Shown one piece after another: positions 30,401-40,779 of a stretch of 64,000 nucleotides of DNA; position 1 is the stretch's first letter, and every line of letters starts with the position of its first letter. This DNA is from an uncultured bacterium (GTDB taxonomy: Bacteria > Patescibacteriota > Minisyncoccia > UBA6257 > 2-01-FULL-56-20). The notes under the pieces are model-generated. The model saw only the letters and a program-made list of their open reading frames with translations. It did not search any database and was not told the origin of the DNA. The position numbers and the translations under genes are program-made. Where the stretch lies: NCBI GenBank assembly GCA_963696395.1, contig CAVOJZ010000002.1:784619-848618 (forward strand). The letters run 5' to 3'.

Positions 30401-33400
30401 TATCTCCGACACCGAAGGCGACACGTTTACTCTCGCCACTTCTACCAACTGCGGCTGCGGCGGTTTTTACGTCGATAACTATCTCTACTACGCGGCTAAC
30501 ATTAGAGGAGGGGCCGATGCCGTTTCATTCCACTGGAACACTACGAACTGGAATATAGTGGGTATTGATGAATATTCCGGCGTGGCGACATCGAGCCCGC
30601 TTGATCAAATCAATCAGGGGTCGGGAGCCAACCTAACGTCCATAAGTAGCGGCAACGTCACCACGACACAAGCGAACGAATTGTTATTCTCGTCATTTGC
30701 CGGGACCAGCGGTGGAACTCCTTCTGTTTCGGCAGGTTGGACCACGGAACTCAGTAATAATGCGAACGGTAATATCGATATTGACTCCGCCAACGAAATT
30801 GCCTCCACAACAGGGAACTACTCAAATACTTTTTCTGGATTGGCAAGCTATGGGACCGGCGGAGTCTATATCGTGGCATTCAAATCAGGTGCACCCGCTC
30901 CTCCAACCATTTCTTCTTTTACTGCTTCACCTACCATAGTGGCGTTAGCGGGAACAAGTACTCTTAGTTGGAGTGTCACCAACGCCTCTTCCGTCGCCAT
31001 CACCCCGGGCAATCTCTCGACAAGTACGCTCGTCGGTTCAACCGTGGTAAATCCTACCTCCACGAAGGTCTACATTCTAGCCGCTGCCAATTCGAACGGA
31101 ACAAGTACCGCGACGACGACGGTGACAGTAGACAACACTCCGCCAACCACCCCCACGAGTGTCGTCGCATCCGCGACGGGAATTTCGAGTATATCGGTCA
31201 GTTGGGCAAACTCCACTGATTCTGGAGGATCTGGACTCGCGGGTTATAACATCTTCCGATGTACAGGAGGGTCGTGTACACCGACAGCGAGATTAGCAAC
31301 GTCCTCGAACAATTCGTATAGCGATTCGGGCCTCGCTGCCTCTACTACGTATACCTATGCCATATCTGCTTTCGATGGTGTGGGTAACACTTCCGCTACG
31401 TCATCCAATGCTGGCGCGACTACGCAGGCAGCGGGTAGCAGCACGATCTATGCCGCCACTTGTGCCGTGGCAGACGTGCAGGCAGCGGTGAATTCTTCAA
31501 CGAACGGGGGTACGGTGATTATTCCTTCGTGTTCCTCCGGTGTTACGTGGAGTACCGGATTGACGATCACGGACGGTATCACGCTTATCGGCCAAGGGGC
31601 CGGAAATACAGTGATCACCGATGGCACCAGCAAAGGTGATAGCAATTGCCAGGGGACAACGCCGCTCATCAACGTCAGCGAGTCTACGAACGTGCCAGTG
31701 AGGATTTCGGGATTCACGATCAACGGGGAGCCTCCAGCCTATAACTGCGGAGAAAGCGCCGATCATATTTCGATTAATGGCAGCACGCATCAATTTCGTG
31801 TTGACGACATTACGTTCAACCTAGATGTCACTGGTGTGAACACGGGCGGCGACGTTTGGGGTCTGATTGATCACAACACCTTTAATGACGCGGCCGACGT
31901 TTTCCCGGTTGCCGTGCACCACGAATCGTGGCAAGGAGTCGGAGCTTGGGGAGATAATTCTTGGGCACAGCCCGACACCATGGGTACTCCCGCCGCTGTC
32001 TATATCGAAAATAATTCCTTCAGTTTCACTTCGGGAGGGAGCTTTCCTGTAGGTTGCTTCGACAGCGAAGAGGGTGGTCGCCTTGTTTTTCGCGACAACA
32101 CCGGATGTCCGTTTGTCGGCGTCCACGGAACGGATTCCAGCGGTCGTTACCGGAGTGTTCGCGAATATGAGATCTACGGGAATACGTTTGTCGCACAACC
32201 CAATCCAAACGGGAATATGTATACCGGTGTTTTCCTTCGTGGCGGGACCGGAATGATTTTCAATAATAATTTTAGTGATAACGTGCCCTCATCGACACCT
32301 TATAACACGTTGATACTGCCGACCAATTACCGGGATACCAACGATGCTTGGGCACCATGGGGAAGTAACGACGGCAGCGGCGGATGTGATGGCCGTGCGC
32401 CATTCGATACCGATACTGGAATCACGTATGCGACTGGTACATATAACGGCGCGGGGGGAACGACCGAGATTCTGACCGATACAACAAAAAATTGGGCGAC
32501 CAATCAATGGGTCGGCTACTCAGCGGTGGATATCACGGCCGGGTGGGGAAGCGCTATAGACTCAAATACGGCGACAACGGTTACCACTGAAGCGGCCGCG
32601 CAAGGAACAGCTCACGCATGGACAACGGGAGATAGTTACGAAATCCTCAAAGCGTATCCGTGCATCGATCAAATCGGTCGTGGGATGGGTCTCCTGGTGA
32701 GGGATTTAGTCAACGGAGATGGACTCCCCGTTCTCAACTCCACGGGCAATCCCGGACCGGTTGATGAAAGCTCCGATCCTCTTTATGAATGGGGGAATGA
32801 TCACAATGGCATTGAACAGGCTGCTATCGTCAGTGAAACCCCGCAGCACGTTGCTGCCAATCGTGACTACTACGATTGGACATCCTCTTTCACCGGCACC
32901 TCCGGCGTCGGCTCCGGCCTTCTTTCCGCCCGTCCTTCGACCTGTACGGCCGGCGTCGGGTATTGGGCTACCGACACGAATGTTCTGTATCAATGTTCCA
33001 CAACCAATGTCTGGTCTCCGTATTATTCTCCCGCTCCGTATCCCTACCCCCTGACGACCGGCGGTTTTCCGAATGATCCCAAACTCACGGCCACAAGTTC
33101 TTCCTCGAATGATGGTTCCATCTCCCAGTTCCCCGCGGGAACCAATTTTGTCGCTGGTACAAATGTAACCCTCACCGCCAATGCCTCCTCTGGCTACGTC
33201 TTTGCCGGTTGGACGGGAAGCGTTTCCACGACAACCAATCCCGTGACGGTTACCATGAATAGCAATATGACGGAGACGGCAGATTTCAGCTCAGCATCTT
33301 CTTCTCCTCTCATCTCCTCCTTCTCTGCTTCTCCCCAATACACAGAACCAAGCGTCACAAGCACCCTCTCCTGGACGGTCTCAAATGCCTCTTCTGTCAG

Positions 33401-34232
33401 TATCACCCCCGGAGGATTCAGTACCTCAACCCTTGTGGGTTCCTGGTATGTCGCCCCAACGTCCACCACCATCTATACCCTCACGGCAGGATCTCCCAAC
33501 GGTACCTCAACCGCCCAAACCACGATCACCGTCCAAAGCATCCCTCCCTCTATCCCCCAGAATCTCTCTGCAAACCCCGTCTCTCCCTCAGAGATTGATC
33601 TCTCTTGGACTGCATCTACGAGCACCATCCCCATCGCTGGCTATGACCTCTATCAGAATGGAACCAAGATTGCATCAACCAGCAATACCTCCTATGCCAA
33701 TACCGGCCTCAACCAAGCCACCACGTATACGTATACCGTTGATGCCTTTGACGCCGCCGGGAATGTCTCCCCGCAGAGTTCTTCTACCTCAGCAACCACG
33801 GAAACCGAGCAATCTGGCGGAGGGGGAGGAGGTGGCGGCGGGGGTGGTGATGGTGGTGGATATTACTACGAGCCTCCTGCGACGACCACAGCGTCAAGCA
33901 CTCCAGGAACGGCAAGCGAGTCGTCACTCCTTGCAACCCTCCTCGCAGAGCTTGAAGGCCTCATCAAACAACTGAATACAGAGCTCGTAGCATCCTTCAC
34001 GAGAAACCTCACCATTGGCTCCACGGGAGCAGACGTCAAGAACCTTCAAGTCTTCCTGAATGACAACGGCTACACCATTGCCTCATCAGGACCAGGATCC
34101 CTTGGCAAAGAATCTACCTACTTTGGCGTAAAGACCCAAGAAGCTCTTGCCAAGTGGCAGAAGGCCAATGGACTTCCTGCTACGGGATTCTTCGGGGGAC
34201 TGACGAGGGGGGTGATGAAGAAGCTCTACTGA
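27492..34232 (+). CDS. giant secreted surface protein (Ig/PKD-like, Fn3, two beta-helix-like modules, InlB B-repeat, C-terminal PG-binding domain)
   Basis: 2246 aa, Ser/Thr-rich; repeated PTISSFSASP..STLSW.VSNASS modules; Fn3 (YTDSGLAASTTYTYAISAFD); poly-Gly linker; FTRNLTIGSTGADVKNLQVFLN..ALAKWQ. Confidence 0.85.
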   Translation: MVGCHRSYTRPLYILLALGVVLFGMQGRQAKAAIIAGTVTTSTSAATITSSTVSVNIASSSSSALFVTVADQFGAVASASYNGVPMVKLWGVLDGAGVTEDAGFILGNPATGTHNLIVQWATNNGGIDAIMAQPYYGVAQGNTTNTTYRAPTFGNDGGNTTTTAKETVSNAQSGDVVIDGIGSYSGPALTPSSSQTVNYEVTNLLSDGFSMGSSYETASGATTMSWTLTPADYWSMGAVPLIPATIPPTISSFSAAPTIVANNGTSTLSWNVSGATSLSINNGIGTVTGTSTTTPALATTTLYTLTAVNSNGTSTATTTVTVDSQAPTVPQNLIATNSTKNSISLSWATSTDNISVAGYNIDRCLGSCTPTSTVATTTQTSYTDSGLAASTTYTYAISAFDEVGNTSALSTSTMASTSAYDVACSGDITTALQNVISAATDGNTIIIGPGTCTISSVVTWTNKNITVMGSGIDVTDINAAQSAFKITITNPAEAAWRLSGFTLQGTNSSNTLINVDGTGAGQWTWGWRIDHVKVNYSGVVSNDPMTIDGVTYGLIDHDDFIVAGGGTFILMAGYMSPEDGSSISKLLGLYDMSLPLDLGTYKALYIENCTFSDNGSGNSYSSFDSSAGGARVVFRYNTLQGVVYSHWTRGGEIGGFKYEVYNNVMTGDSGNQLPLRMEAGTGVIFDNTITGYADQQFWIDERRGQQAQTSSPTLACDGTHAWDGNIEASGWPCLGQIGRSPGSAPGNQTTSPLYAWNNGTSTGCSTGGSCINSVNLTVFDLGTGIDPTLFLKTTGSPHTNGNVDYVNNGSTPMPGYTPFTYPYPLNANGMPSSSTIPTISSFSASPQEVLSGGTSTLSWSVSNASSVLLTGTGLNLSTTTQIGSTNVNPTSTTIFTLSASNSNGTSTATTTVTVTSAGQTISFVQSTSSAPNFLGGAGTTTATFGSNTTAGDFIVVTVGGSGISSFPTGTISDTEGDTFTLATSTNCGCGGFYVDNYLYYAANIRGGADAVSFHWNTTNWNIVGIDEYSGVATSSPLDQINQGSGANLTSISSGNVTTTQANELLFSSFAGTSGGTPSVSAGWTTELSNNANGNIDIDSANEIASTTGNYSNTFSGLASYGTGGVYIVAFKSGAPAPPTISSFTASPTIVALAGTSTLSWSVTNASSVAITPGNLSTSTLVGSTVVNPTSTKVYILAAANSNGTSTATTTVTVDNTPPTTPTSVVASATGISSISVSWANSTDSGGSGLAGYNIFRCTGGSCTPTARLATSSNNSYSDSGLAASTTYTYAISAFDGVGNTSATSSNAGATTQAAGSSTIYAATCAVADVQAAVNSSTNGGTVIIPSCSSGVTWSTGLTITDGITLIGQGAGNTVITDGTSKGDSNCQGTTPLINVSESTNVPVRISGFTINGEPPAYNCGESADHISINGSTHQFRVDDITFNLDVTGVNTGGDVWGLIDHNTFNDAADVFPVAVHHESWQGVGAWGDNSWAQPDTMGTPAAVYIENNSFSFTSGGSFPVGCFDSEEGGRLVFRDNTGCPFVGVHGTDSSGRYRSVREYEIYGNTFVAQPNPNGNMYTGVFLRGGTGMIFNNNFSDNVPSSTPYNTLILPTNYRDTNDAWAPWGSNDGSGGCDGRAPFDTDTGITYATGTYNGAGGTTEILTDTTKNWATNQWVGYSAVDITAGWGSAIDSNTATTVTTEAAAQGTAHAWTTGDSYEILKAYPCIDQIGRGMGLLVRDLVNGDGLPVLNSTGNPGPVDESSDPLYEWGNDHNGIEQAAIVSETPQHVAANRDYYDWTSSFTGTSGVGSGLLSARPSTCTAGVGYWATDTNVLYQCSTTNVWSPYYSPAPYPYPLTTGGFPNDPKLTATSSSSNDGSISQFPAGTNFVAGTNVTLTANASSGYVFAGWTGSVSTTTNPVTVTMNSNMTETADFSSASSSPLISSFSASPQYTEPSVTSTLSWTVSNASSVSITPGGFSTSTLVGSWYVAPTSTTIYTLTAGSPNGTSTAQTTITVQSIPPSIPQNLSANPVSPSEIDLSWTASTSTIPIAGYDLYQNGTKIASTSNTSYANTGLNQATTYTYTVDAFDAAGNVSPQSSSTSATTETEQSGGGGGGGGGGGDGGGYYYEPPATTTASSTPGTASESSLLATLLAELEGLIKQLNTELVASFTRNLTIGSTGADVKNLQVFLNDNGYTIASSGPGSLGKESTYFGVKTQEALAKWQKANGLPATGFFGGLTRGVMKKLY

Positions 34233-34400
34233 GCCGTCCCCGTTTTGGAGGCGATACTGAAATTAAGTCCCTAATTAAAATCCGACTCCCCGTAGGTCGT
34301 TCCCGAAAATCTGATGATTACAAGGTTTTGGTGAAAAAAGTCAAATCAAAAACCTCGAGTTCATCGAGGTTTTTGAGTGGTTCGACAGTGATGCTAAGGG

Positions 34401-34471
34401 TGGACCTGGGGGGAATCGAACCCCCATCTATCGGATGCAAACCGATTGCTCTACCACTAAGCTACAGGCCC
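34401..34471 (-). tRNA. tRNA-Ala(TGC), canonical
   Basis: Reverse complement GGGCCTG-TAGCTTAGTGGTAGAGCA-ATCGG-TTTGCAT-CCGAT..GGTTCGATTCC..CAGGTCCA; G3:U70. Confidence 0.95.
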
Positions 34472-34559
34472 GAGCGAGAAAAGAGTAGACGCCTTTCGCG
34501 TCTATTTGGTGATTTTACCCTAGCTTGACAAAAAATGAAAGGGGGCTTATAATAGCGAA

Positions 34560-34811
34560 TAGTGAAGATATTCATTTAGCTCGGATGCGGCTGCATGGCG
34601 GAGAGCCATCGGCAGACACGGTTCCGCATCCTTACCGGGCGGCAGTTGGGCCGAGCTCATCGGCGGGCGATGCTCATCGCCCAACTGGCCGCTTTACGGG
34701 TGGGATTGTTCCTCCGGGAGGAGACTTGTGGACAATCCCACCCAGTCTGAATGATAAATACGTTCATAAGAACGTGGCCGCGGAAGATGCAGTTGCATCC
34801 CGCGGCTTTTT
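34560..34811 (+). ncRNA. unassigned structured ncRNA candidate (about 250 nt)
   Basis: Consensus promoter TTGACA(34525)-N17-TATAAT(34548), three long GC-rich hairpins, terminator 34776-34811, no credible ORF. Confidence 0.65.
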
Positions 34812-34813
34812 AT

Positions 34814-34842
34814 TTGACAAAAAAGCAGCCTCACCCTACAAT
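34814..34842 (+). promoter_or_regulatory. sigma70 promoter of rpsL operon
   Basis: TTGACA-N17-TACAAT. Confidence 0.75.
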
Positions 34843-34892
34843 ACACAGTGTTCGGTGGTTCAATGCCGCCGGATATTTTTTGAAATCATCTT

Positions 34893-35306
34893 ATGCCAAC
34901 GATTAGACAGTTAATCAAAAAAGGACGTCACCCGCAAAAAGCGAAAAGCAAATCGCCTGCGTTGTCGTTCTATTTCAATTCGATCAAAAACCGCCCGGTT
35001 GATTCCGGTGCGCCATTTAAAAGAGGAGTGTGCGTGAAGGTTTTCACAACCACCCCAAAGAAGCCGAACTCAGCTTTGCGTAAGGTTGCCCGCGTGCGGC
35101 TCACGAACGGCAACGAAGTGACTGCCTATATTCCCGGTGAAGGCCACGCGTTGCAGGAACACTCAATCGTCATGCTTCGCGGCGGCCGCGTGAAAGATCT
35201 TCCGGGTGTGCGCTATCACATTGTCCGCGGCGTGCTCGATACCACCGGCGTTGAGGGCCGCAAGCAGCAGCGCTCAAAATATGGAGCGAAGCACGGCAAG
35301 AAATAG
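34893..35306 (+). CDS. rpsL: 30S ribosomal protein S12
   Basis: [21 protein letters not shown]. Confidence 0.99.
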   Translation: MPTIRQLIKKGRHPQKAKSKSPALSFYFNSIKNRPVDSGAPFKRGVCVKVFTTTPKKPNSALRKVARVRLTNGNEVTAYIPGEGHALQEHSIVMLRGGRVKDLPGVRYHIVRGVLDTTGVEGRKQQRSKYGAKHGKK

Positions 35307-35335
35307 AAAACATTAAATTTTGATTAAATTTCCCC

Positions 35336-35803
35336 ATGAGAAAAAAGCGCGTATATAAAAAATTTCACGAAGCGGAGGGCGTTCACGGACGTGTTGAGTT
35401 GGCACGCTTCATTAACTACGTGATGAAAGACGGAAAGAAATCCACAGCAGAGCGGTTGGTGTATAGCGCCCTCGACAAGATAAAAGAAACAACCAAGGAA
35501 GATCCGATGGTGGTCTTCGACAAGGCACTTGAAAACGCATCGCCTTTGCTCGAAGTCGCTTCAAAGCGCGTTGGCGGAGCAAACTATCAGGTTCCCCGCG
35601 AAGTTCGCCCCGAACGAAAATTCATTTTGGCTTTGCGTTGGATCATCGGCGCTGCCCGTTCCAAGAAAGGAAAAGGGATGGCGGATAAACTCGCGGAAGA
35701 ATTAATCGCCGCTTCGAAGAACGAAGGCGCTGCGATCAAAAAGAAGCAGGACATGCATCGCATGGCCGAAGCAAACCGCGCGTTCGCGCACTTCGCCCGA
35801 TAG
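35336..35803 (+). CDS. rpsG: 30S ribosomal protein S7
   Basis: RVGGANYQVP, HRMAEANRAFAH. Confidence 0.99.
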   Translation: MRKKRVYKKFHEAEGVHGRVELARFINYVMKDGKKSTAERLVYSALDKIKETTKEDPMVVFDKALENASPLLEVASKRVGGANYQVPREVRPERKFILALRWIIGAARSKKGKGMADKLAEELIAASKNEGAAIKKKQDMHRMAEANRAFAHFAR

Positions 35804-35812
35804 ACCACGAAT

Positions 35813-37918
35813 ATGCCCCGACAGTATCCGATCGAAAAGATTAGAAATATTGGCATTATCGCACACATTGACGCAGGCAAGACCACGGTCTCCGAGCGTG
35901 TTTTGTTTTACACCGGCGTTTCGCACAAGATCGGCGAAGTGCACACGGGCGACACCGTGATGGATTGGATGGAGCAGGAGCGCGAGCGCGGCATCACGAT
36001 CACGTCCGCCGCAACCACCGCCTTCTGGTCGCCGACGTACCACGCCCACGACAAAAAGTACGAACACCGCATCAACCTCATCGATACTCCGGGACACATT
36101 GACTTCACGGTTGAAGTAAAGCGATCGCTCCGCGTTTTGGACGGAGCCGTTGTCGTTTTCGACGGCGTCGCCGGCGTTGAACCCCAATCCGAAACCAACT
36201 GGCGCTATGCGGACGAATACAAAGTGCCGCGCGTCTGCTTTATCAACAAGCTGGACCGTTCCGGCGCGAGCTTCCAGAAGAGCTTCCAATCCATTCTTGA
36301 CCGCCTCACGCCGAATGCCATTCCAATCCAGCTTCCGATCGGCAGTGAATCCGATTTTAAGGGCGTCGTGGATCTCCTCAGAAACACCGCATTTGCTTTC
36401 GAAGGGGAGCACGGTGAGAAAATCGTTGAAATTCCAATCCCGGAGGATATGAAGGCCGATGTCGAAAAGCATCGCCATGATCTCATCGAAAAAATCGCCG
36501 AGAACGATGACGCCGTGATGTCCGCCTATCTCGACGGCAAGGAAATTTCTCTCGATGACCTTCGCAAAACATTGCGCAAAGCCGTCATCGCAAACACGAT
36601 CGTCCCAGTGCTCACGGGATCCGCCTTAAAGAACAAGGGCGTGCAATTCATGCTCGACGCCGTCGTTGAATATCTTCCGTCACCGGCTGACCTTCCGCCG
36701 ATCAAGGCGCACGACGAAAAAACCGGAGATGTGGTTGAAGTGAAGCTTACCGACGAAGAGCACTTTACGGGCCTTGCATTCAAGATCGCAACAGATCCCT
36801 TCGTCGGCAACCTCGCATTTTTCCGCGTCTACGCCGGAGTCTTAAAGCGCGGTTCTTATGTCTATAACGCAACCAAAGGTGCCCAGGAGCGCGTCGGCCG
36901 CATCGTGCGTATGCACGCAAACGACCGCGAAGAAGTTGATGAGATTTATTCCGGGGAAATTGCCGCTATCGTGGGATTAAAGAGCACGACCACGGGCGAT
37001 ACGCTTTGTGATCCTGAACATCCGGTGATTTTGGAAAAGATCACGTTTCCAGAACCGGTTATCGGTTTGCGCATCGAGCCGAAAACCAAGGCTGACCAGG
37101 AAAAAATGGGTACCGCTTTGCACCGCTTGGCGGAAGAGGATCCGACCTTCCGGGTCGCAGGCGATAACGAAACCGGTGAGACGATCATCAGCGGTATGGG
37201 TGAATTGCACCTCGAAATTATCGTTGACCGTATGAAGCGCGAATTCAATGTGGATGCGAATGTCGGACGCCCTCAGGTGGCTTACAAAGAAACCATCATG
37301 GCGGACGGCGATGCGGAAGGGAAGTACATCAAACAATCCGGCGGCCGCGGACAATACGGCCATGTGCGTTTGCGCGTGAAGCCGCTCGAACGCGGGACGG
37401 GCTTCGTGTTCCTCGATGAAATTAAAGGAGGCGCGATCCCCAAAGAATTTATCAATCCTACGGAGAAAGGCGTAAAGGAAGCCCTCGATAAAGGCGTCGT
37501 TGCCGGCTATCCGATGGTGGATATCGAAGTCACGCTCTACGACGGTTCGTTCCACGAAGTGGACTCATCCGAAGCGGCATTCAAAATCGCCGGTTCCATG
37601 GCTTTCCAGGAAGCTGCAAGACGGGCGAAGCCGGTGATTCTCGAACCGATCATGAAAATTCAGGTTATCGTCCCGGATAACTTCATGGGCGAAGTCACGG
37701 GCAACCTCAACTCCAAGCGCGGACGCATCGAATCCATGGACGACCGTCCGGGATTGAAGGTGATCAACGCAAAAGTTCCGCTTTCTGAACTCTTTGGTTA
37801 TGCAACGGAATTGCGTTCCATGACGCAGGGCCGCGGCAGTTTCACTATGGAGTTTGACCATTACGAGCCGGCGCCGAACAATGTTGCCCAGCTGATTATC
37901 GAAGGAAAGAAGCGATAA
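35813..37918 (+). CDS. fusA: elongation factor G
   Basis: [31 protein letters not shown]. Confidence 0.99.
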   Translation: MPRQYPIEKIRNIGIIAHIDAGKTTVSERVLFYTGVSHKIGEVHTGDTVMDWMEQERERGITITSAATTAFWSPTYHAHDKKYEHRINLIDTPGHIDFTVEVKRSLRVLDGAVVVFDGVAGVEPQSETNWRYADEYKVPRVCFINKLDRSGASFQKSFQSILDRLTPNAIPIQLPIGSESDFKGVVDLLRNTAFAFEGEHGEKIVEIPIPEDMKADVEKHRHDLIEKIAENDDAVMSAYLDGKEISLDDLRKTLRKAVIANTIVPVLTGSALKNKGVQFMLDAVVEYLPSPADLPPIKAHDEKTGDVVEVKLTDEEHFTGLAFKIATDPFVGNLAFFRVYAGVLKRGSYVYNATKGAQERVGRIVRMHANDREEVDEIYSGEIAAIVGLKSTTTGDTLCDPEHPVILEKITFPEPVIGLRIEPKTKADQEKMGTALHRLAEEDPTFRVAGDNETGETIISGMGELHLEIIVDRMKREFNVDANVGRPQVAYKETIMADGDAEGKYIKQSGGRGQYGHVRLRVKPLERGTGFVFLDEIKGGAIPKEFINPTEKGVKEALDKGVVAGYPMVDIEVTLYDGSFHEVDSSEAAFKIAGSMAFQEAARRAKPVILEPIMKIQVIVPDNFMGEVTGNLNSKRGRIESMDDRPGLKVINAKVPLSELFGYATELRSMTQGRGSFTMEFDHYEPAPNNVAQLIIEGKKR

Positions 37919-37963
37919 AGAGTCTTGTATAAAAAAGGGGCCACCGCGTAAGCGGTGGCTTTG

Positions 37964-38440
37964 TTATTTGTAGTCAGGGGATTCGAATGACTCAAGAGTC
38001 AAACTGAGAGCTGTGGCAATACACTCGCGGACGTAGTCGTCCGTTGAAGTTTTCCCGTTCTCGATGTTTTCGATTTCGGACTCTTCGAGATTGAGGCGCG
38101 TGCTCAAGACATCCAGACTGACCCTTTCGAGGGTTCGCCAGTACCGAAGCCTGTTTCCAAATTCAATCGTACTCAGCCGGCCGATACGTGTCTTACGCGG
38201 CTTTTGACCGAGCGGTGGCTTTGGGTAAAGACCGGATGCCGAAGTTGAACTTGAGTTCGCAGGTTTTTCCGGAAGCTTCAGAAGAGATGGTCTCCGATCT
38301 TCGCCGTCGAAGCTGTTTCCACAAGCATGGCACGTCGTGCGATCTTTCCGTTGCGGTACGCCTTTTGCCGGACAACCATCTCTCTCGCAAAACTTTGTAT
38401 AGCCATTTGCTATTGATTCTTCACGCGTCCATGCAGGCAT
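37964..38440 (-). CDS. Cys-cluster (zinc-ribbon-like) + XRE HTH protein
   Basis: CERDGC..CHACG; FGNRLRYWRT..SLDVLSTRL..IENIENG. Confidence 0.65.
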   Translation of the reverse strand: MPAWTREESIANGYTKFCERDGCPAKGVPQRKDRTTCHACGNSFDGEDRRPSLLKLPEKPANSSSTSASGLYPKPPLGQKPRKTRIGRLSTIEFGNRLRYWRTLERVSLDVLSTRLNLEESEIENIENGKTSTDDYVRECIATALSLTLESFESPDYK

Positions 38441-38523
38441 CGTGTGCCCTCGCTTTCTGTTTTTGACTGGATTGCTGGCCGTACTATATCACAGCTTGAG
38501 CCAGTTGGCAAAGACAACAACGC

Positions 38524-39583
38524 GAATTCAATCTTGAAATGCAACATCTCCGCGGGTGAGAATATCGGTACGTCGAATACCAAAAACCCACATAACGGAG
38601 ATGTCGCACTCGCATTTTACGCGCGACGACCGTGTCGCGCTAGCCCACCTGCTCTTGGTGGGCAAAACACAGTCATGGATCGCGGACCGGCTTGGCAAGA
38701 GTCCGGGTACAATCAGTCGGGAGATCAGGAGGAACCGTGATGATGACGGCGTATATCGCGGCGGCAGCGCCCATCACAAGACACAATACCGAAGGTTTGC
38801 TGCCAAAGAACCGTCGCAGAAATTGAAGCATGATCGAACGCTCCGCCGCCATGTCATGCGAAAACTCAAGCACTATTGGTCGCCCGAACAGATCGCGGGA
38901 CGTTTGCAGCGAATGACGAAACACACCGTCGTCTCCCATGAGACGATTTACCAGTTCGTATACCGCGACCGGTCGGACCTCAAAAAATATCTGCGGTATC
39001 AAAAGGGAAAGTGGCGCAGGAGGCGTGGCACGAACACGAGGAAAGCCAAGCGGAACGCATTGAAAATCAGGCGAATCGAAGAACGCCCACCGGTGGTTGA
39101 GGAGCGCAGGCGAATCGGCGACTGGGAAGGCGATACGATTCTTGACCGCACCAAAAAGCAACGGATGCTCACCCACGTCGATCGGGCGAGTGGTTTTGGT
39201 GCGGCGGACAAAGTCGAAAAAGTCACTGCGGAGAACGTACATGCGATCACGCGCGATCGGTTCAAAAAGATCCCGAAGAAAAAGCGGCACACCATGACAC
39301 GTGACAACGGTCCTGAGTTCGGCGATTACGATCGTTTGCTTGAAAAAGATATTGATATTACCGTCTACCGCGCGACGCCCTATCACTCTTGGGAACGCGG
39401 ATCGAATGAGAATTGGAACGGCCTGCTCCGGCAATTCTTTCCAAAAGGTATGGATTTTGCTATCGTGAAACAATCCGATATCGACCGAGTCGTCCGACTG
39501 CTCAATGACCGTCCGAGAAAACGGCTCGGCTATCTCACTCCACGAGAGGTGTTCAATGGTCGTTGCGATTCAAACTAGAATTC
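38524..39583 (+). mobile_element. IS30-family insertion sequence
   Basis: Imperfect terminal IRs GAATTCAATCTTGAAATGCAAC (38524) / GTTGCGATTCAAACTAGAATTC (39583), 17/22 matching, around an IS30 transposase. Confidence 0.85.
38601..39578 (+). CDS. IS30-family transposase
   Basis: TISREIRRN, WSPEQIAGR, SHETIY, GDWEGDT, DNGPEF, WERGSNENWNGLLRQFFPKG, LNDRPRKRLGY. Confidence 0.96.
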   Translation: MSHSHFTRDDRVALAHLLLVGKTQSWIADRLGKSPGTISREIRRNRDDDGVYRGGSAHHKTQYRRFAAKEPSQKLKHDRTLRRHVMRKLKHYWSPEQIAGRLQRMTKHTVVSHETIYQFVYRDRSDLKKYLRYQKGKWRRRRGTNTRKAKRNALKIRRIEERPPVVEERRRIGDWEGDTILDRTKKQRMLTHVDRASGFGAADKVEKVTAENVHAITRDRFKKIPKKKRHTMTRDNGPEFGDYDRLLEKDIDITVYRATPYHSWERGSNENWNGLLRQFFPKGMDFAIVKQSDIDRVVRLLNDRPRKRLGYLTPREVFNGRCDSN

Positions 39584-39626
39584 AGGCAACCTTTCCATCA
39601 TTTTTTAATAATGCGATAATTACCAA

Positions 39627-40751
39627 ATGGAATCGCCAAAAAAAGTTTTCACCGTGCTCGAATATGTTGAGCTTTTGAACATTGCCTTTAAAGGACGCGA
39701 GGATCGCATCCAGGGCGAGGTTTCGCAATGTAAATTCGCCGTATCCGGACATGTATATTTCACCATCAAAGATACGACCGGCAATGGTGTACTCGACTGC
39801 GTGATTTGGAAAGGCGTGTACGCAATGTGCGGCGTGAAACTCGAAGTCGGCATGGAGGTGATCATCACAGGGCATCCAAATGTGTATGGCCCGACCGGAC
39901 GGCTTTCGATCGTTGCGGACGCAATCGAGCTGGTTGGCGAAGGCGCCCTGAAAAAAGCCTACGATGAGCTCAAGAAAAAACTTGAAGTGGAGGGATTGTT
40001 TGATATGTCCCGCAAGCGCGTCCTGCCGGAGCTTGCGAGTAAGGTTGGCGTGATAACGTCGCGCGAGGGCGCCGTGATCCACGATTTTTTGAATAACCTT
40101 GGCAAATTCGGATTCAAAGTGACGCTTGTTGATTCGCGCGTGGAAGGACAGACCGCCATCAAAGATCTCATTGCCGCCATCCGGACGATGCGCAAAGAAG
40201 CGGAAGACGGCGCGATTGAAGCGCTCGTCATCATCCGCGGCGGGGGTTCGCTTGAATCTCTGCAGGCGTTTAACAACGAAGCGCTGGTTCGTGAAGTGGT
40301 AGCTTTTCCGGTGCCGGTGCTCGCGGGCATCGGGCACGATCAGGATGTGCCGCTCTTGGCGCTCGCCGCGGACTATATGGCTTCAACGCCAACGGCAACG
40401 GCGCACATTCTGAACCGTTCATGGGAAGATGCGTATGCAAAGCTGAATCGTGCCGGGCAAATCTACGTTCGCATTGACGAGGCGATCAAACGATTGCATG
40501 CCGACCTCGACCTCGCGTGGACGACGGTACTCGACCAAACGGCCGGCGGCATCAAGTGGGCGAAAGAACAGATGGACTACGCCGAGCGCTCCATTCGCGT
40601 GAACGATCCGACGCGCCAGCTCAAGCTTGGCTACTCCATCGTCCGCCAGCATGGTAAGATTCTTCGAAGCACCCGCGATGCACGGTTCGGCGACAAGCTT
40701 GAAACACAGGTGAGCGACGGCACCATTCATTCGCAAGTCAACCAGCTGTAA
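39627..40751 (+). CDS. xseA: exodeoxyribonuclease VII large subunit
   Basis: SGHVYFTIKD, RGGGSLESL..FN.E, GIGHDQD, TPTA. Confidence 0.95.
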   Translation: MESPKKVFTVLEYVELLNIAFKGREDRIQGEVSQCKFAVSGHVYFTIKDTTGNGVLDCVIWKGVYAMCGVKLEVGMEVIITGHPNVYGPTGRLSIVADAIELVGEGALKKAYDELKKKLEVEGLFDMSRKRVLPELASKVGVITSREGAVIHDFLNNLGKFGFKVTLVDSRVEGQTAIKDLIAAIRTMRKEAEDGAIEALVIIRGGGSLESLQAFNNEALVREVVAFPVPVLAGIGHDQDVPLLALAADYMASTPTATAHILNRSWEDAYAKLNRAGQIYVRIDEAIKRLHADLDLAWTTVLDQTAGGIKWAKEQMDYAERSIRVNDPTRQLKLGYSIVRQHGKILRSTRDARFGDKLETQVSDGTIHSQVNQL

Positions 40752-40779
40752 TATTGTAGTAATAAGAGCATCACGAACT

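Noticed and set aside
34525-34914. 129-aa ORF over the structured intergenic region
   Set aside because: Starts at the TTG of a -35 box, crosses a terminator and a second promoter, and has no protein-like motifs.
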